A DNA stretch of 64,000 nucleotides from Leucoraja ocellata (taxonomy: Eukaryota), in contig JAWMAR010000250.1 in the NCBI GenBank assembly GCA_036785375.1, positions 2,232,001 through 2,296,000 on the forward strand, in the 5' to 3' direction. Under the pieces are notes generated by a model, which saw only the letters and a program-made list of their open reading frames with translations, searched no databases and was not told the origin of the DNA. Shown one piece after another: positions 1 to 14,415 of the stretch. How positions within the stretch are numbered: the first letter of the stretch is position 1; each line of letters opens with the position of its first letter. The translations under genes and the position numbers were made by a program.

Positions 1-3000
1 GCCTTTCTGTGTGATTAGTAGTGTAACATTTTTCAGTCTTCCAGTTCTCCCTCTACGCACACACGTCTTCTATATGTTTGTGAGATTGTGGAAGGGCATC
101 TGCAATTTATTTATTTAGTTTGTTCTGTCAACAGCTCGAGATTCATTCCATATGGGCCTGACAATTTATTCACTTTCAGCGCAGCTAGCCTTTTGGTACT
201 TTCGTCAATTTTATCCGGATCCCATCATAATGCTCCAACATTTTTATTGGTAAAGACTGATATCAAGTTCTCAGTTAGCATTTCACCCATGCTCAGTAAA
301 TTTTGCTTAGTTGTTTTCTGATCAATGTACCTTTCAGCCCTTGTATCATATTTTTGAATCCCTTTAATTTTTGCTGAATCGGGTTATTTTATGAATGAAA
401 TTTGATACCAGCAATGGACATTTGGGTGTGTCTCTGGAGAATTATTTTAGATGGGAAAGCAGTGGAACTAACAAGAATGGTGTGGTTATTGAGAAAGAAT
501 GTTACACTGGTTGTTATGGAACTTAATCCTGAGGGTGGAGAACAGTGAAGATATTTTCAGGCTGATGCCCTGTTTTTCCTGTTCTATACTTGGACAGGTA
601 AAAAACTATTGATTGTTGAAAGCAAAATTCTCCAACATTGCTGTCACTTGGAAACCATAGTGCAACAAGTGTGTCCTGGAGTGAGTGAGTTTTATTTGCA
701 TATGATGTGATTACATGTTTAAACCCCACAGTGGGGAAACACAGGAAGAAATATATCTCACTTGGAAGTCAGGCAGAATCTCTGGAGAAAAAGAATGGGT
801 GATGTTTTGGGTTGGGACCCTTCTTCAGACTCAGTTCAGTTTTATCTTTTGTGTTCAGGCAATTTTCTGTAGTTCTCTTTTAAAAAAGAAAATGAAAGCT
901 AATGGCTCTCAAGAGTTTTGTTCAAATCATTTACTTTATAGTATTATACATCAGTTCGTAGAAAGTAATCTCAAGGATGTTTACATGCTCATATTAGCTT
1001 AGAAATGTTTAACTCAATTGCTTATTTTCTTCCAGCATCTCCCATAATGTATGGCCTATCAAAACCTGAGCTTGTTGCTCCTAGTATGTCAATCATTTAT
1101 TTTGTCTTGATCTTTTTCTCCAGCTATGATGTTGTTCAGGTGGAGTGGCTTGGATCCATAAATTATCTTGTTATTGGCCCTTTCCCAAAGATATGGGAAT
1201 TCGGGAGGAAGAAGCCATTTACACCCTCGGGCAATGATTTCCAACCTCTTTTGAATGAAATCTCTGCTTGTTTACACACATACCTGCTGCTGTTTATTAC
1301 CCTCTCCCAACAAAATAAATTCCAGATGCCTTTACCATAACGTCATTACGGTTTAAAAGTTGGGGCTGTTTTGTAGATTGCTAGCAGTCAAGTAGCCAAA
1401 ACAGTTTGTGTGCTGAATAGGGTTTTGTGTATTTCTACTTGGCACATACTGGCAAAATGTCTGCAATCTTAAAGTTTTGTGGCACCAGTGTAATCCATGT
1501 CAACGTAAGGGTTCACAAACCCCACATTGGGGGCTGATGTTCCAGTTTATTCTGGCATTCAGCTGTAGTAGATACCTTTTGATGATTTTGATCTCTGGGA
1601 ACTATAATTCATACGAGAAGTAAGTTACTAATTTCCGCTACCCTTTGACAATTTTTCTACTTGAAATAAAAATCCCTCTGGATTTTCTCTACCACAAGAT
1701 TACTTGATATATCTACTTTATTTTATCCTGGATCATCTTGGAGCCCCAATTAATTTATCCTACAACTAGAGGGTGTAATAATGTATGCAACTTGTCATCA
1801 AGCAGTAAACCTTAAAGCCCTCATATAATTCTATGGAATTCATACCGAACCCCTCCAAGGCCAGTATATCCTCCTGATGTGCATTGCATAAAACTCCAGC
1901 TGGGGTCCGACCAAGATGTACAAATAAAGCATAACTTCCTCCCTTTCTGTATTCTTGTACCCTTGAGAAGGCTAACATGCTCTTAGCCATTTGATTATTT
2001 TTTCACACCTGCTTTTAAATGATTAATACACCTGGGGACCCAAACAATTTTCTTTCTTGTGTCTGAATGGAATGCATTTCATTGTGATTCTTTTTTTCTT
2101 TTTGGTTCCAATGTTGGTGACCTTCGACATCCCTGTGCAGAACTCCATCTGGTGCAGTTTCACCTATTTATTTAATAATGTTTCTTTGCAACTTCCTTTT
2201 CTCCAGCTAGTCAGCTGACTGTGCCTTCGAACTTAGTGCAACATTTTAAAGATAGACCTAATTCTGTTGAACACACCAAGAACTGCAGAATGATGTAAAA
2301 AGCTGGAGTGGCTCAGAGAATGTCTCAGGTACTCCAGCTTTACGTGTCTATCTTCGTTTTAAACCAGCATCTACAGTTCCTTCCAACCAGGAACTGCAGA
2401 TGCTGATTTATTTAAACAACGACAAAAGCTGAAGTAACTTAGCAAGCCAGGCAGCATTTCTAGAGAACGGGTGACATTTTGCGTCGGGACCCTTCGTCAG
2501 ACTTGATTGATGAAAGGAGGGCGAGAAAGCTAGAAGAGAGGTGGGGGCGGGATAAAGCCTGGGAAGCCCTTTTCAGTACTTGCAATTCTATTGTTTCATT
2601 CAAACTGATGATACGTGTGGTGAATAGTTGAAATACTAGTAGATCTCTCCTTATAATCTACCAATTAGAGTAATTTTCTCTCCCCATCCCCTTTAGCACT
2701 CTTAATATATTTATGGAAGCTTATACAATTTGATTTGATTTCCTTACAAGATTTTAAAAGTGTTTTAGTTTTACTAATTTATTGCTCTGCCTAGCTTTCC
2801 CCGTCATTTTTTTTTGTCAAAGCATTATTTCTTTTATTCTGTCTTTGCCTCATTTTATTCCTGTGGCTGCTCAGCTCTTAAAATGGATCATTTACATTTT
2901 GTGGAATGTATTGGTTTAGTGATGTACTTCTTTGCTACTTTGAATTTATCCTACAATTTGCAACTATGAATGGTGATGTCCAGATGATGCGTCAATTTAT

Positions 3001-5571
3001 CGCTTCTACTTGGTTTAATACCTTGATTTATGGCACATGCCCCTCAAATCCAAATTATTTAATGAAAAACTTCCATTTAAATGGACTTTTGGATTTTTTC
3101 TTTCTCAAATACCTTGTGTAAATTTAACATTGAGACTCCATGCTGAATTCTCCAACAGGGAAAATATCTTTTTTTACATTCCCTCCAGGACCACTCTAAA
3201 GATTGCATTATTTTACCTACTTTCTTTCAAATTACGAGTACATTTGATTTATGCCCTGTCCAAATCACAGCTCTAATGAGACTTGGTATCATTTTGAAGA
3301 ATCTGTGTTGCTCATTTTTTCATGGTCAGTATATCCTTTCAAAACTAAATATGCAATTCTAGATAAAATCTGATCAAAGAACCATGTACCTGAACACTTA
3401 ATGTTTATCTTTTCCTATTAGGAACATAGCTGCATTTGTTTTTCTTGGATCTGAAGTGGATGATCTTGCACTGTAGTCCACCTGCTGCAGTTTGATTCAA
3501 TTAGTTAGTTTGTCCCCTTATAGCTTAATGCTTCCATTATGTTGTGATTCTTAACTTGGGTTCATCTAAAAATGTGAATACGCATCTCTGTTCCTTTTGT
3601 AGAAAAGTTGAGATACCAGGGCAAATCCCAAAGGAGTGCATTTATTATATTCTTCTCAGATTTTTCTTCCCCTCTTCCTTCACTGCCTCGGATTCAATCA
3701 CTCCAAATGCCAATCAGAATCCATTCTAATTATCCTTTGGATCTCCTGGCTATTCGGTATTAATTTTCTGAAATAATGTAGTATTTCTGGGAATCCAAGT
3801 GAATGACATACACTGTCCACCATTTCCATCATCTCAAAATGTATAACTAGCCCATTGAGATTTAATCTGTATTTCATATTTTATCTTCTACATTTCAATG
3901 AAATCACTGTCTTTGCTAAAGCATTAAGATTACTTGGGGATTTGGTGTCTATGGAAACATATCCAAGAGACAAATATTGGCACGTTTAACATTTTCATTT
4001 CTGACCTTGTTGTCTCACTGAGCCATATCTCTTTCTTAATAGAGGGAATTGGTCGGAGGGATTTATCCCTAAATTCAGCAGAATTTCCAGAAATTACGAA
4101 GAACAGTTGTAGGGTATGCGGTCATAAAAAATAGATCCAGGTCCCTCCAGAGTGAAGTTGGAAACAATTCTTGGCAGAAGAATATTGATGCTAGGTCAAC
4201 AGTTGATATTAAATTTAAGATGGGTAGGTGTTTAAGCAAAGATGATATGGGGTATACAGGTGGTGGAGGTAGGCCACAAATTAACCATTAATAAATGAAA
4301 GTGCAAGCTTGTGAACATAAATCTACCCTGATCTGATGTTCTTAGGAAATTCATTCATTTTTAATGTCTGAATGCCTATGGTTGAGTTGGTGGTTTGTGG
4401 TCTACTGAAATGAATGTTCATTCCCTTTATTCTCCATTCCAAAGTTAACATCTTTATCTAAGGATGGAACCACGGATGTTAAAACCTTTCAGTGGGAAGC
4501 TATCAAAACCATCCTGCATCTTCTCATTTATTGTGCTCAATCCATTCTGCAGCAATTTTTCTTATTAATTTTATTATTCTCCACTTTTGAACCTGCTGCT
4601 TAGGAGATACCTTCATTCAATATTTTTTTTTTTGGCATCATTAACTGTATTGCTTCCAAGTTGATCCATGTGTGATTCTCTTCAGAGTTCTGAGTAGAGG
4701 AAGGGAAATATGATGTTAAAGATTGAATCTTTATATGGAGAAATGGATATAAGAATATTTAATGTTTTATGCTGTATTATGACCGATCCCTAAACTATAT
4801 ATAAAAACCTATAAGCTGAGAAATCTGCTCCTACCTGGTTTTCAATCCCTGAGCTTAAGCAATCACTCAATGCAGAGGTGAAAAGGCCTCGCTGTGCACC
4901 TGAAAAGGTTGGCTGAAACTTCTACATGATGTCTGCTACATTGCATTTCGATTTCATGTGATTTTCTTATTTAATACCGCTTCCCATGTGCATGTCAGGC
5001 AGCAACTCAAAACTCGCACTACGTCACACCTACTTGTTTGTAAAGCATTTTGGGGCGCTGAGTTTGTGAATGGGTGTAGGTAATTGCATGTTTTCTGTTT
5101 GAGGTTGTGTAAAATGTGCCTGCAAAGGTCACTAGAACATTCAGCCCACGTATTATGGAAATAATTGCACAGCATAATGGATGAATCCACATTTTCATTC
5201 TCAATATTTGGTTGAATGGAGGCCTTGCTTTTGACTGTTTTTGGAAGCAAAGTGTGAGAAAGGGCATATGCCGAGGAGGAAATATTAAATGAGGAATGGC
5301 CAAGAGCCAGAGTAGAGTATGGCAATAACTTGTACAGCATTTGTCACATTTGGTCTGTAAAAGCTGAGGGCACTAAATATAGGACCACCTATTCCAAGAA
5401 CTACACCCATTTTGAAAGGATTCCTATATTACTATTGACCTGGATTACCGCAACTGAGGACTCTATTGCAGTAGATAGTGTACTGACTTGGTGAGGCAAA
5501 TTCATAAAAGATAATCAGTCTGATGGAAAATGGAATGCTAATTAAAAAGTAACTCTTTCAAAGCGGATATT

Positions 5572-6450
5572 ATTTACATAGAACAGTATAGATACAGGCC
5601 CTTCAGCCCATTTTCAAGTTCAAGTTACACTTATTGTCACATGCACCAATTGGTACAGTGAGATTTGAGTTACCATACAGCCATACAAATAAAAAAAACA
5701 CAACACACGATAGAATTTAACATGAACATCCCCACGCAGTGGAATCGAGGTTTCCCACTGTGAAGGAAGGCAATAAAGTTCAGCCATCTGTTTTGTGCTG
5801 ATCATGATTCCCCTATTCTTGGCCTATTCCTGTCTGTCTAATGGCTCTTAAAAATTGCTGTCTGCTTCCACCACTTCTCCCAGCAGGGTCTACCTGCATC
5901 TATCACTCAGCCTTTTAAAAAAAAAAAGCCATGCAAAGTTCCTTTTAAAATTTACCCCTCTCACCTTAAATTTATGCCATCCTGTATTTGGCTGCTTCAA
6001 CGTGTGAAAGATTCTCACTTGGTAAAGAAGGGTCTCGACCCGAAAAGTTGCCTATTTCCTTCACTCCATAGATGCTGCCTCACCTGTTGAGTTTCTCCAG
6101 CATTTTTGTCTACCCTCACTAGGTACTATATCACTGCCTCTCATAATTTTATAGTATTCTGTCAGGTCACTCCTCAAAGCTCCAGAGAAAGCAATCTACG
6201 TCTGTGTGACCTGTTGTAGCTAATGTTCCCTAATCCAGGCCATATCCCAATGAAGCTCTTTTGCACCCCCTCCAGCCTCCCATCCTTCCTGTAGCAACCA
6301 AAACTGTATATAACACTCCAAATGTGGTTTTGCAAAGCTCCATACAACTGCAAAGGTTTTTGAGTACAGGAACAAAGGTGTCCTATGTAAGTGCAACAGG
6401 GCACTGGCGAGATCTTGACTGGGAACAAGTAGCAATGCACCATCTCCCAA
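5572..6450 (-). mobile_element. CR1-clade LINE 3' relic containing nested insertions
   Basis: Minus-strand KPHLECYIQFW and RKDGRLEGVQKSFIGIWPGLGNISY; 3' end tgggctgaagggcctgtatctatactgttctatg. Confidence 0.8.
6025..6114 (+). mobile_element. Short PLE-derived insertion nested in a CR1 relic
   Basis: aagaagggtctcgacccgaaaagttgcctatttcc...; imperfect TSD ctcact(t/a)ggta at 6014-6024 and 6115-6125. Confidence 0.78.
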
Positions 6451-6508
6451 GTTCCTCACATCCTCGTGGCAAATCTTCTCGGATGCCTAGGAAAGTAAAT
6501 ACACTGAT

Positions 6509-6886
6509 CAGGGCTCTCACTTTTTTTCTCTGTTTCCAGCCGGGCAACCTAGGCAGCTTTTTAGGTTGCCAAATTACAGTTTAGGTGGTCATTTAAGACG
6601 GCTTGTATGACGCGTGCGATAATGTGCTCGGACGAAGTGCGTAGTTACCAGTCGGAATTATTCTCATTGAAGCATTCACATATTATTTCTGCTTCAAATA
6701 AAGTCACAAACTAAACATATTCACCAGTCAAGACATGACATATATACCACAACGACATGCAGCAAAACTATAATACAGTGTATACAATATTTCAACTCTT
6801 TTTACACGTTGCAATGAATGCAATTTCTATTATTTCTTTCCACTTCCAAACAAAAATGTGGTTGGATTATTCAGAGTATGATCAAC
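6509..6886 (+). mobile_element. Probable DNA-transposon (hAT-like) terminal fragment
   Basis: Starts CAGGGCTCTC, resembling a hAT TIR; CpG-retaining interior; interrupted by the PLE fragment. No second TIR seen. Confidence 0.35.
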
Positions 6887-7306
6887 CTCGGTGAGACCAG
6901 GCACAGGCTTGGCAATCGCTTTGCACAACGCCACTCAGATCGCAATAACCAACCTGATCTGCCGGTGGCTCAGCACTTCACCTCCCCCTCCCATTCCGAA
7001 TCCGACCTTTCTGTCCTGGGCCTTCTCCATGGCCAGAGTGAGGCCCACCGCAAATTGGAGGAACAGCACCTCCTATTTCGCTTGGATAGTTTACACCCCA
7101 GCGGTATGAACATTGGCTTCTGCAATTTCAGGTAGTCCTTGCTGTCTCCCCCCCCTTCCCCTCCCATTCCCAGCTCTCCCACAGCCTACTGTCTCCGCCT
7201 CTTCCTTTATTTTTCCCACCCCCACCCCCGGACATCAGTCTGAAGAAGGGTCTCAACCAAAAACTATTCCTTCGCTCCATTGATGTTGCCTCACCCGCTA
7301 ATTTTC
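6887..7306 (+). mobile_element. Penelope-like element 3' fragment: C-terminal GIY-YIG endonuclease region, 3'UTR and decayed hammerhead motif
   Basis: Translates GETRHRLGNRFAQ...DLPVAQHFTSPSHSESDLSVLGLLHGQSEAHRKLEEQHLLFRLDSLHPSGMNIGFCNFR*, typical of the end of a PLE GIY-YIG ORF. Followed by a pyrimidine-rich UTR and then cagtctgaagaagggtctc...cctcacccgct. Confidence 0.88.
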
Positions 7307-7572
7307 TTTTTTTTTAAAATATTTTTATTAGAAGTAGTGTACAATAATATAAGTCATGAATAACATATTACATTTCGTGTACAACTTCTTATTTTTAATT
7401 TAATAGTAAAAAAAAAGTAAGAAAAGCAAGAAATAGAGAGAAAGAGAATATTATATAGAGTAGTGATATTGTTAGTTCGAGAAGAAATAGAAATGAAAGA
7501 GCCCATGGGGCTGTATAGCCCGAAGGAGAAAACAAAGAAGTGAGGTGAAATAAGAAAAAAAAGAGAATAAAG
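7307..7572 (-). mobile_element. Poly(A)-tailed retroelement 3' end (L1/Tx1-like)
   Basis: Minus strand ends ...AATAAAaatattttaaaaaaaaagaaaa after a T-rich 3'UTR-like stretch. Confidence 0.45.
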
Positions 7573-7858
7573 AAGGTAATTCAGGAGTTCTCCCGAGTTC
7601 TCCCCTGATTCGAGCTTGTGTAATGTACGTAGGGGCTCGTACGAGTAAAAAGTATCCATTTTTTTCATCACGCGTAGCTTTTTTACTTGTGGACGTTTTT
7701 CACAGTGTTGAAAAAACGTCACTAGTTTACCGAAGTTCCCGAGTACCTACCGTTAACTCGTACGAGCCGCTACGTGACGTCCAAGCGCTCCTACGTACAT
7801 TACACGAGCGCGAATCGGGGCGAACTATTGAATTACCTTGTACAGTGGGACGGGCCCT
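7573..7858. mobile_element. PIF/Harbinger-type MITE, left end truncated
   Basis: Right TIR tgaattaccttgtacagtgggacgggccct; remnant left TIR aaggtaattca; interior related to 42928-43237. Confidence 0.75.
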
Positions 7859-10499
7859 TGACTAGAGGATATCTCTGATGTCTTAGAGTGGAAAGCCTCA
7901 TCTTAGGAGCAGGTGCAGCTGAGATAGAGAAATTGAAAGTAGGGTATAGTGTCTTCGCAAGAGGCCGGGTGTGAGCTCACAAACTGCCTTGTATACTCAT
8001 TCAAATCTTTTAAACAAATGACGAACAGCAATGGGGCCAGCACCAATCCTGTGGCACACCACCAGTAAAAGGCCTTCAATCTGAATCACAATCTTCCATC
8101 ATTTTCTGCTTCCTACCAGTGGAATGGAACATTGTTCAAGCATCAGTGAACTTAAAGATGACAAAGCAGAAAATGTTTGGCCATCGGATACTATCCTGGG
8201 AAACTCCCACGGTGATGTTGTGGTTTTGCAATAATTGCCCTCCCTCAACCATTGTCCTTGAAGTTGCAACTTCAACAGTTGGGATGGTTTTCCCATAGCC
8301 TATTTATTGATTTTGCTTTTGCCAGAGTACTCTGACATCACATTCAGTCAGATGCTCTATCAATACCAAAGGCAGTCACACTTCATATCTCTGGAATTCA
8401 TGTGTTTGGTCCATATATGGACCATTGAGGTCTGCAGGCTAGTAGATCTGGTTAGATCCAAACTGACCATCATTATGTTTGTTATTAATTAGTAGTTGCT
8501 ACTTGACAGCACTGTTGATGAAGCCTGTTATCTCTTTAATATGAGCAAATGGATTGGATACTAATTAGCCAATTTGAATTTATCCTGCTTTTTGTGTGCA
8601 CATCATACAGTTGGTTTTCCATATTGTTGGCTGTTTTGGACTGAAAGACCTGTGCCTTTGTACTATGATTTAAGTAATTAGATTTACTGAGGCAATTAGG
8701 TCAAAGTCACGACAAAATTATATTTGTTGCAGGAACTGTTTGCAAATCTTTATTGCATTAGCTTATCCAATTTTACTAGAGCTTTGATGAAGTCAAACTG
8801 AGGTGGGGTGGATAGGTTAACACTCAACCAATAAATTGGTTGAACATGCAAAGCAATGCTCAATGAAAGTCATTGGCTGGTGTAAGCAGAACAAATTTGC
8901 CTTTTTAATGAAATAGCTGAAAGAAGGGCAGTTTTGAAATGTTTCCATATGTGTGAAAACATGTGTACTTCGGCACACGTGACAATAATAAACTAAACTA
9001 AAGTTGCAAGACTTTGTATAGAGTCCACTAAATATGAACTTTGTTTATGAGGAGGGATTACAGTGGAATTTTTATTTCTTTATTAGCATTGATGATAATG
9101 CTTTACTATTATACTGCCAGACTAGTTTGTAAATATCTTGATTTCTAGAATAATGCAGATTGAATCTTTGTGTCTGCTGATGTTAATTGGTGTCTTCAGT
9201 TGAGGAAGTAAAACATGATTTAAATCAACATGTTCTCAAGGTGTATGTAATGTGCTTCTGGAAATGTTCTGTTTTATTTGTCCTCTCTGGGGAATAGTTT
9301 TGTGGGAGGTGAATGCCCTGCACCACATCCAAATGGCCATAATTTATGTATTGATCTCAACAGCAAATGTTTAAATGTGCTACCCCTGTATTCTTCCTTG
9401 CCTTGTCTGTTATTGTCATAGTTGCATTACTACAGGGTATTAGATGGGCCTCTCTCGCAGAAACTGTAGAACATGTTCGAAATGTATTCCATCTGCAGTT
9501 TTAATTCAGTCTCCAGTTGCTTCTGCAGTCACTGACGGGTATGTAACTGCTGTAACTTTAATGATTTATACCTTCTCTGCTGGAAATGGTGCACATGGCG
9601 ATAAGAGGGGATGAGTTTGGATTAGGTTTAAGTTTTTGGAAAAATACGCTTTAACCTTTCGTATTACCGAGTAGCCATTGATATTTTTACGTCTTGCGTT
9701 GTGCTTAGTCTCTACGTGGTCTCTGCTTGATAGGCCTCATGTTATGGCTGAATTTTGTAATTTATGGTATTGCTTGCATCTAACATAGTGTTGTTTTCCC
9801 CCTGCTTTGTTGATGTCTGTTTTAAAAGGTGGTAAATGTTTCCCTGAAACTTGTGATCTAATCACTTGGATGTGTGAAAATGGGAAAGAATAAGATTGGC
9901 AATTTACTTGCATATTGCAGGATGGAAAGATACTTGTGATGCGACTAATTTTATTCACAGCAGAATGCAATTGGTTTTGTCATTAGGATTTTAAATATTG
10001 TTAACTTTTATAGCTGTGCTTTATGTTCAAAATTCTTGAAACTGGGGTCCTAGATTTGATGATGTATGTTTCTTGTGTACTGGTACACAATGTATTTATC
10101 GATCTAGAGACTTGTAGCTGCTTTCAATCATTGAAACAATGTTTAATAAAATTGAATTCTGGATGCTAGCCTGTGGGTAGAGGCTACTAAACCTCGAGAA
10201 TTAATCCATAGAGAATGTTTAATGTGGCATTGGGCTTTTGTAGTTGGTAATGAAGAAAATTAGGGGCAGATCAGTTTGCAGGAGCTTTTGAAGGATGGGT
10301 GACCTGCACAAACGTACTTGGATATTTATTTTGGAGCTGAAGCTCTGCTGTGATCATGGAATGTAAAGAGAGACCTGGATTATCTTGCAGGTCAGAGCTT
10401 GAAGAGAAGGGAAGAGCGAGCAGGCAAGGACATTCTATAAAAGAGCTTACAGAGATGGAGTAGACCTCGTCTTAAAGTTTTGAATTAGACACATAAAGG

Positions 10500-12200
10500 G
10501 ATGCAGAGCTCTTACGATATGCTATATCTATCAAATAATTTAAGTCCACAAAACGTTAGAATTTGTGGCCAGCAAAGAAGTGGTTGCAATTTTTTTTCAA
10601 CTTGTGTACGCAACCCAAGAAATGGGAGCAAGAGTGGACCACCTCAAAAATTAAAGATCTCCTCTGTGCCAGTTTCACATAGCCTTCAATTCCCAATTCT
10701 TTCCTAGGTTCAGCTACCTCTTTAAATGTTTCCAGTGATCCAACCTCCAGGAGAGAGAATTCCAGACATTTGCAGTCTCTGAGTAGAAATTCCAATACAT
10801 CTTTAAATGATGTCCTCTTTTTGTGACTGTTTCCTCATTCGAGACACTCCCACTCATGAAATTATCTCAATTCGCCCTGTCAGTCCCCTTGGTATCTTTC
10901 TTTGGTTTGCGGGCTGAGTGATGGAAGAGGCCCTCCACTGACCTGGGTTATACCTGGATCGGGAGATGCTCCAGTACATTGACCACGTGGATCAGACTGG
11001 CATTTTTGGTAAATGGCTCCAAAATATGCCGAATCGTGCATGTGAGCTATGCAAAAAGAATTTCACCATGCAGTGCATTTGTGACAACAAAGAACCATTG
11101 AACCATGCTTCAGTAAGATCACCACCATTCTCCTAAACTCATACAGGCTTAACATTTCTAACTATTTGTGATGGAGCAACTCACTAATGCTGGAATGTTT
11201 TTCTCAAACAAGGGAACCAAAACCATGTACAGAATATGCATCTCTAACACCCTCAACAATTATAACAGTATCACTCTCTATTTACAAACTCAATTCCCTT
11301 TGCAGTAGAGGCCGGTATGTCAATTGCCTTCACGTACTTGCTGTACATGCATGCTACCTTTTTTATTGAATGAACCTATACAACATGATTTTTAATGAAA
11401 GTTAAGTCACGTTTCACAAATTTGTTACACTTGAACTGACTCTGCTTATTGCTTCATTGAATATGGGAAGCCTGGAGATACAGTGTGTTTGGATTTCCAG
11501 AAGGCATTTGATAGTCATGCTGTATAAAAGGCTAAGTTGTAACCTTGACCCGCTGCTCTAGAAAATCAAAAGACTATTATCTCTCAATTTGTAACATTAA
11601 ACTCTGTCAACTTTTTGCTCACTCATTCAACCTAACCTTGTTGCAGTTCAAATATCCTCATTGCAACATAGGCTTGCATCAATGTATGTCATCAACAAAC
11701 TTCAATAGTCTCTGGTCTGCCCCTCCTGCAAGCCAATAATATAGATAGTAAATAATTGATGACCAAAGGTGATCCTGGTGACACACCACTAGTTACGACT
11801 AACCAGCCAGAAAAAGGCAGATCTTTGCCTTCTATATGTGAAGTAATTTTCAATCCACGTTTATAAATTGTCCCGCCACCATGAGCTCTTGTATTCTTTA
11901 TGTGGATCTGTTAACAAACATCTTGGGGGAAATTGAAATACGCTACTTCTATGGGTTCTATTCTACACTTATTGAGTAACACTAGTAAATTTGCTAAATG
12001 TGATTTGTCTTTCATAAAACTTGCTTTCTTGTATTATTTCTGTCTGTGACCAACATTTTCTTAGCAACAGATGTTAGGCCAACTGGTGTTTAGTTTCTTA
12101 CTTTTTATCGGAAATTATGAGTCACGTTTGCAGTTTACCAAACTGCAGGTACCCTTCCAGAACGTTGGGTATACTTTTCAAAACTAATGTCACAGGCAAA
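10500..12200 (-). mobile_element. Highly decayed CR1-like relics
   Basis: Minus-strand CR1-like stretches (EFLLRDCKCLEFSLLEVGSLETFKE; ttggatttccagaaggcatttgat in opposite orientation). Similar old relics lie at ~1650-2240, 3100-3700, 31300-33200 and 37030-37560. Confidence 0.5.
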
Positions 12201-13330
12201 TAAAAGAATAAGAACAAATAAACAAACATGGATCAATGCACCAATTCTGTCAGCTGTTTTCTTTGTTAAACTTTTGAGCCTCACAATCTATTTTCAAGAC
12301 TTTTTAATGCAAGTCATGAATATGCAGTCGTGAAAACCACTGGATTTATTTTTGAAATAACAAAGATCTGCAGATGTTTTGGGCTGAAATTACACTGATT
12401 TAAAAAAAAAAAAAGACCCTTTTATATTACTACATGGAAATGTTACTGTTGACTTTTCAATTGCTTCTGTCAGTTTTTAATCCACTTCTGAAGTTGCTGG
12501 CTTGTGTAATTGTACATTTATACCAATGGTGCCTCTCCCCCGGACTAAGTCATTGTGTGGACTATTTCAGCAAGAGAGGCATATACACCAACACTCTAAG
12601 GCTGTGGGAGCTGGAAATAGTTCAATAACGCTGTTGGTGCTGCCCCAGCAGAGATGAAGTAAGAAATGTGCTACCTTCTGGTTTGCATAATTCAGTATCT
12701 CATCCAGCTTTGTATCATCCATTAAGCCACTGAGGGAGCTCATCCAGTGTATTTAGTTATGAATTAGCCTGCTGGATGATGAAATATGTGGCTATTTGAT
12801 GGGCAATTAATGGAAGCATAAATATATGTTTAGTCCAGAGTTGAAGCCTCTTAAGTGAAGCTTTTTATTTCACATTGAGCCTCTGCAATTAAAATAGTAC
12901 ACCAGACCTTGCACCGTGAATGGTAATTTTGGATGGGTACAGATGTGAATTTGCTGTAACATCAATCTTGAAAATACTAAAAAAATATATTAAATTGCAA
13001 TAACGGATCAACTCTATGCTCCCACAAAATTTAAACATTGTATTAAAATTGTACTATGACTTGGCTAGCAGCTGTGGTAAACTGATTGTGGCTGGGTATT
13101 TTACTTGCAAGAACTGGATTTGTGCATTTTTCAGAATTTTCCAGCAAAGGTGGTTATTGAATTGGTTGCAAGGAATAATTCTCACTTAGTCCAACACATT
13201 CTGTAAATCCTTATGTGTCTAATTCCTTGCAGAGAATTATTGCTAAATGTCCCTCAATTATCCTAACAGGTTGTGCTATTCAACTTGTAAATTTTGGTCT
13301 GTACTAAAACAATTTATAATGTCCTCATTA

Positions 13331-13607
13331 GGGCACAGTACTAGTTACTGCCTTACTGTGACAAGGACCCAGGTGCGATCTTGAGTAAGTGGGCTGTCTA
13401 TACGGAGTTTGAACGTTCTCCCTGTGACTGCATGGGTTTCCCCCGTTGCTCCAGTTTCCTCCCACATTCTAAAGACTTGTGGGTTTGTAGGTTAATTTGC
13501 TTCATTAAATTATCCCTATTGTGTACGGGTGATCATTGGTCAGCGTGGACACCATTGGAGAAGGGCCTGTTTCCATGTTTTATCTCTAGAACCAAACCTA
13601 AAGTAAA
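13331..13607 (+). mobile_element. HE1-like V-SINE
   Basis: ggagtttgaacgttctccctgtgactgcatgggtttc...gctccagtttcctcccaca...gggcctgtttccatg. Confidence 0.82.
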
Positions 13608-14324
13608 TTTAACCACTTTTTTAATCATTTCAAATATCTTTTGATTGCCCACACTTCTCTATCACTCACTCCAATAAATACGCACAGCCATTGCAAATCA
13701 TTTTTTGATCCTTTATTCAAATGTTTTTCTTAATTTATTTTTCATGAAAAGTAATTACTCCCCATAACGGAAACCTGGATCATTATAAGCCCTTCTTATT
13801 TGAGTAAATTTAATGCTGGTGCATTGAAGTCGAGAGTGATTTTCTTTATCAGAGACTAGATAAGTCTTCATCAACTATTATGCCCGACCAGCTCTTGTAT
13901 GCTATATGAAAAGCCAGTTCACACCCATTTTCTAATTGCTTGTTCTGAGCAACCTGTCATTGTTGGAAGTAATGATGTGTCTAGGCTCGGTATGGCATGC
14001 GGAAATAGCAAAAGAAGGATTTAAAAAATCTGTTGTGGCTGGAAGTCGCCTTGTATCTTGGACGTCAGTAAGATTAAAATTCCCTGTTTGTTAAACCATA
14101 TCTGTGTAATGCATTCTGCGTACTTTGTCCTCTCTTTAAGAAAAGCTCCGGGTCACTTTTGTTCCCTCCAGTGGGTATAAAGCTTATTAAATAATTTTCA
14201 CATAGTCATAGAGTGTGGAAATAGGCCCTTTGGCCCAACTCGCCCACACCGTCCAACAATGTCCCAGCTACATTCGTAAAGAAACTAGTAAATTCCTGTT
14301 GAAACCAAACTCTTAACTCTGCAT

Positions 14325-14415
14325 TCTGAGGAAGGGTTTGGCCCGAAACGTCGCCTATTTCCTTCGCTCCATAGATGCTGCACCCGCTGAGTTTCTCCAG
14401 CAATTTTGTGAACCT
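14325..14415 (+). mobile_element. Short PLE-derived insertion starting at an intact hammerhead core, 14-bp TSD
   Basis: tCTGAGGA-AGGGTTTGGCCC-GAAA-CGTC-gcct..., flanked by the direct repeat tcttaactctgcat (14311-14324 and 14416-14429). Confidence 0.85.
14326..14356 (+). ncRNA. Minimal type I hammerhead ribozyme core (PLE-type)
   Basis: CUGAGGA, extra A, stem II GGGU/GCCC, GAAA, palindromic ACGU stem III, GUC cleavage triplet. Stem I is poorly supported by the flank, so activity is doubtful. Confidence 0.6.
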
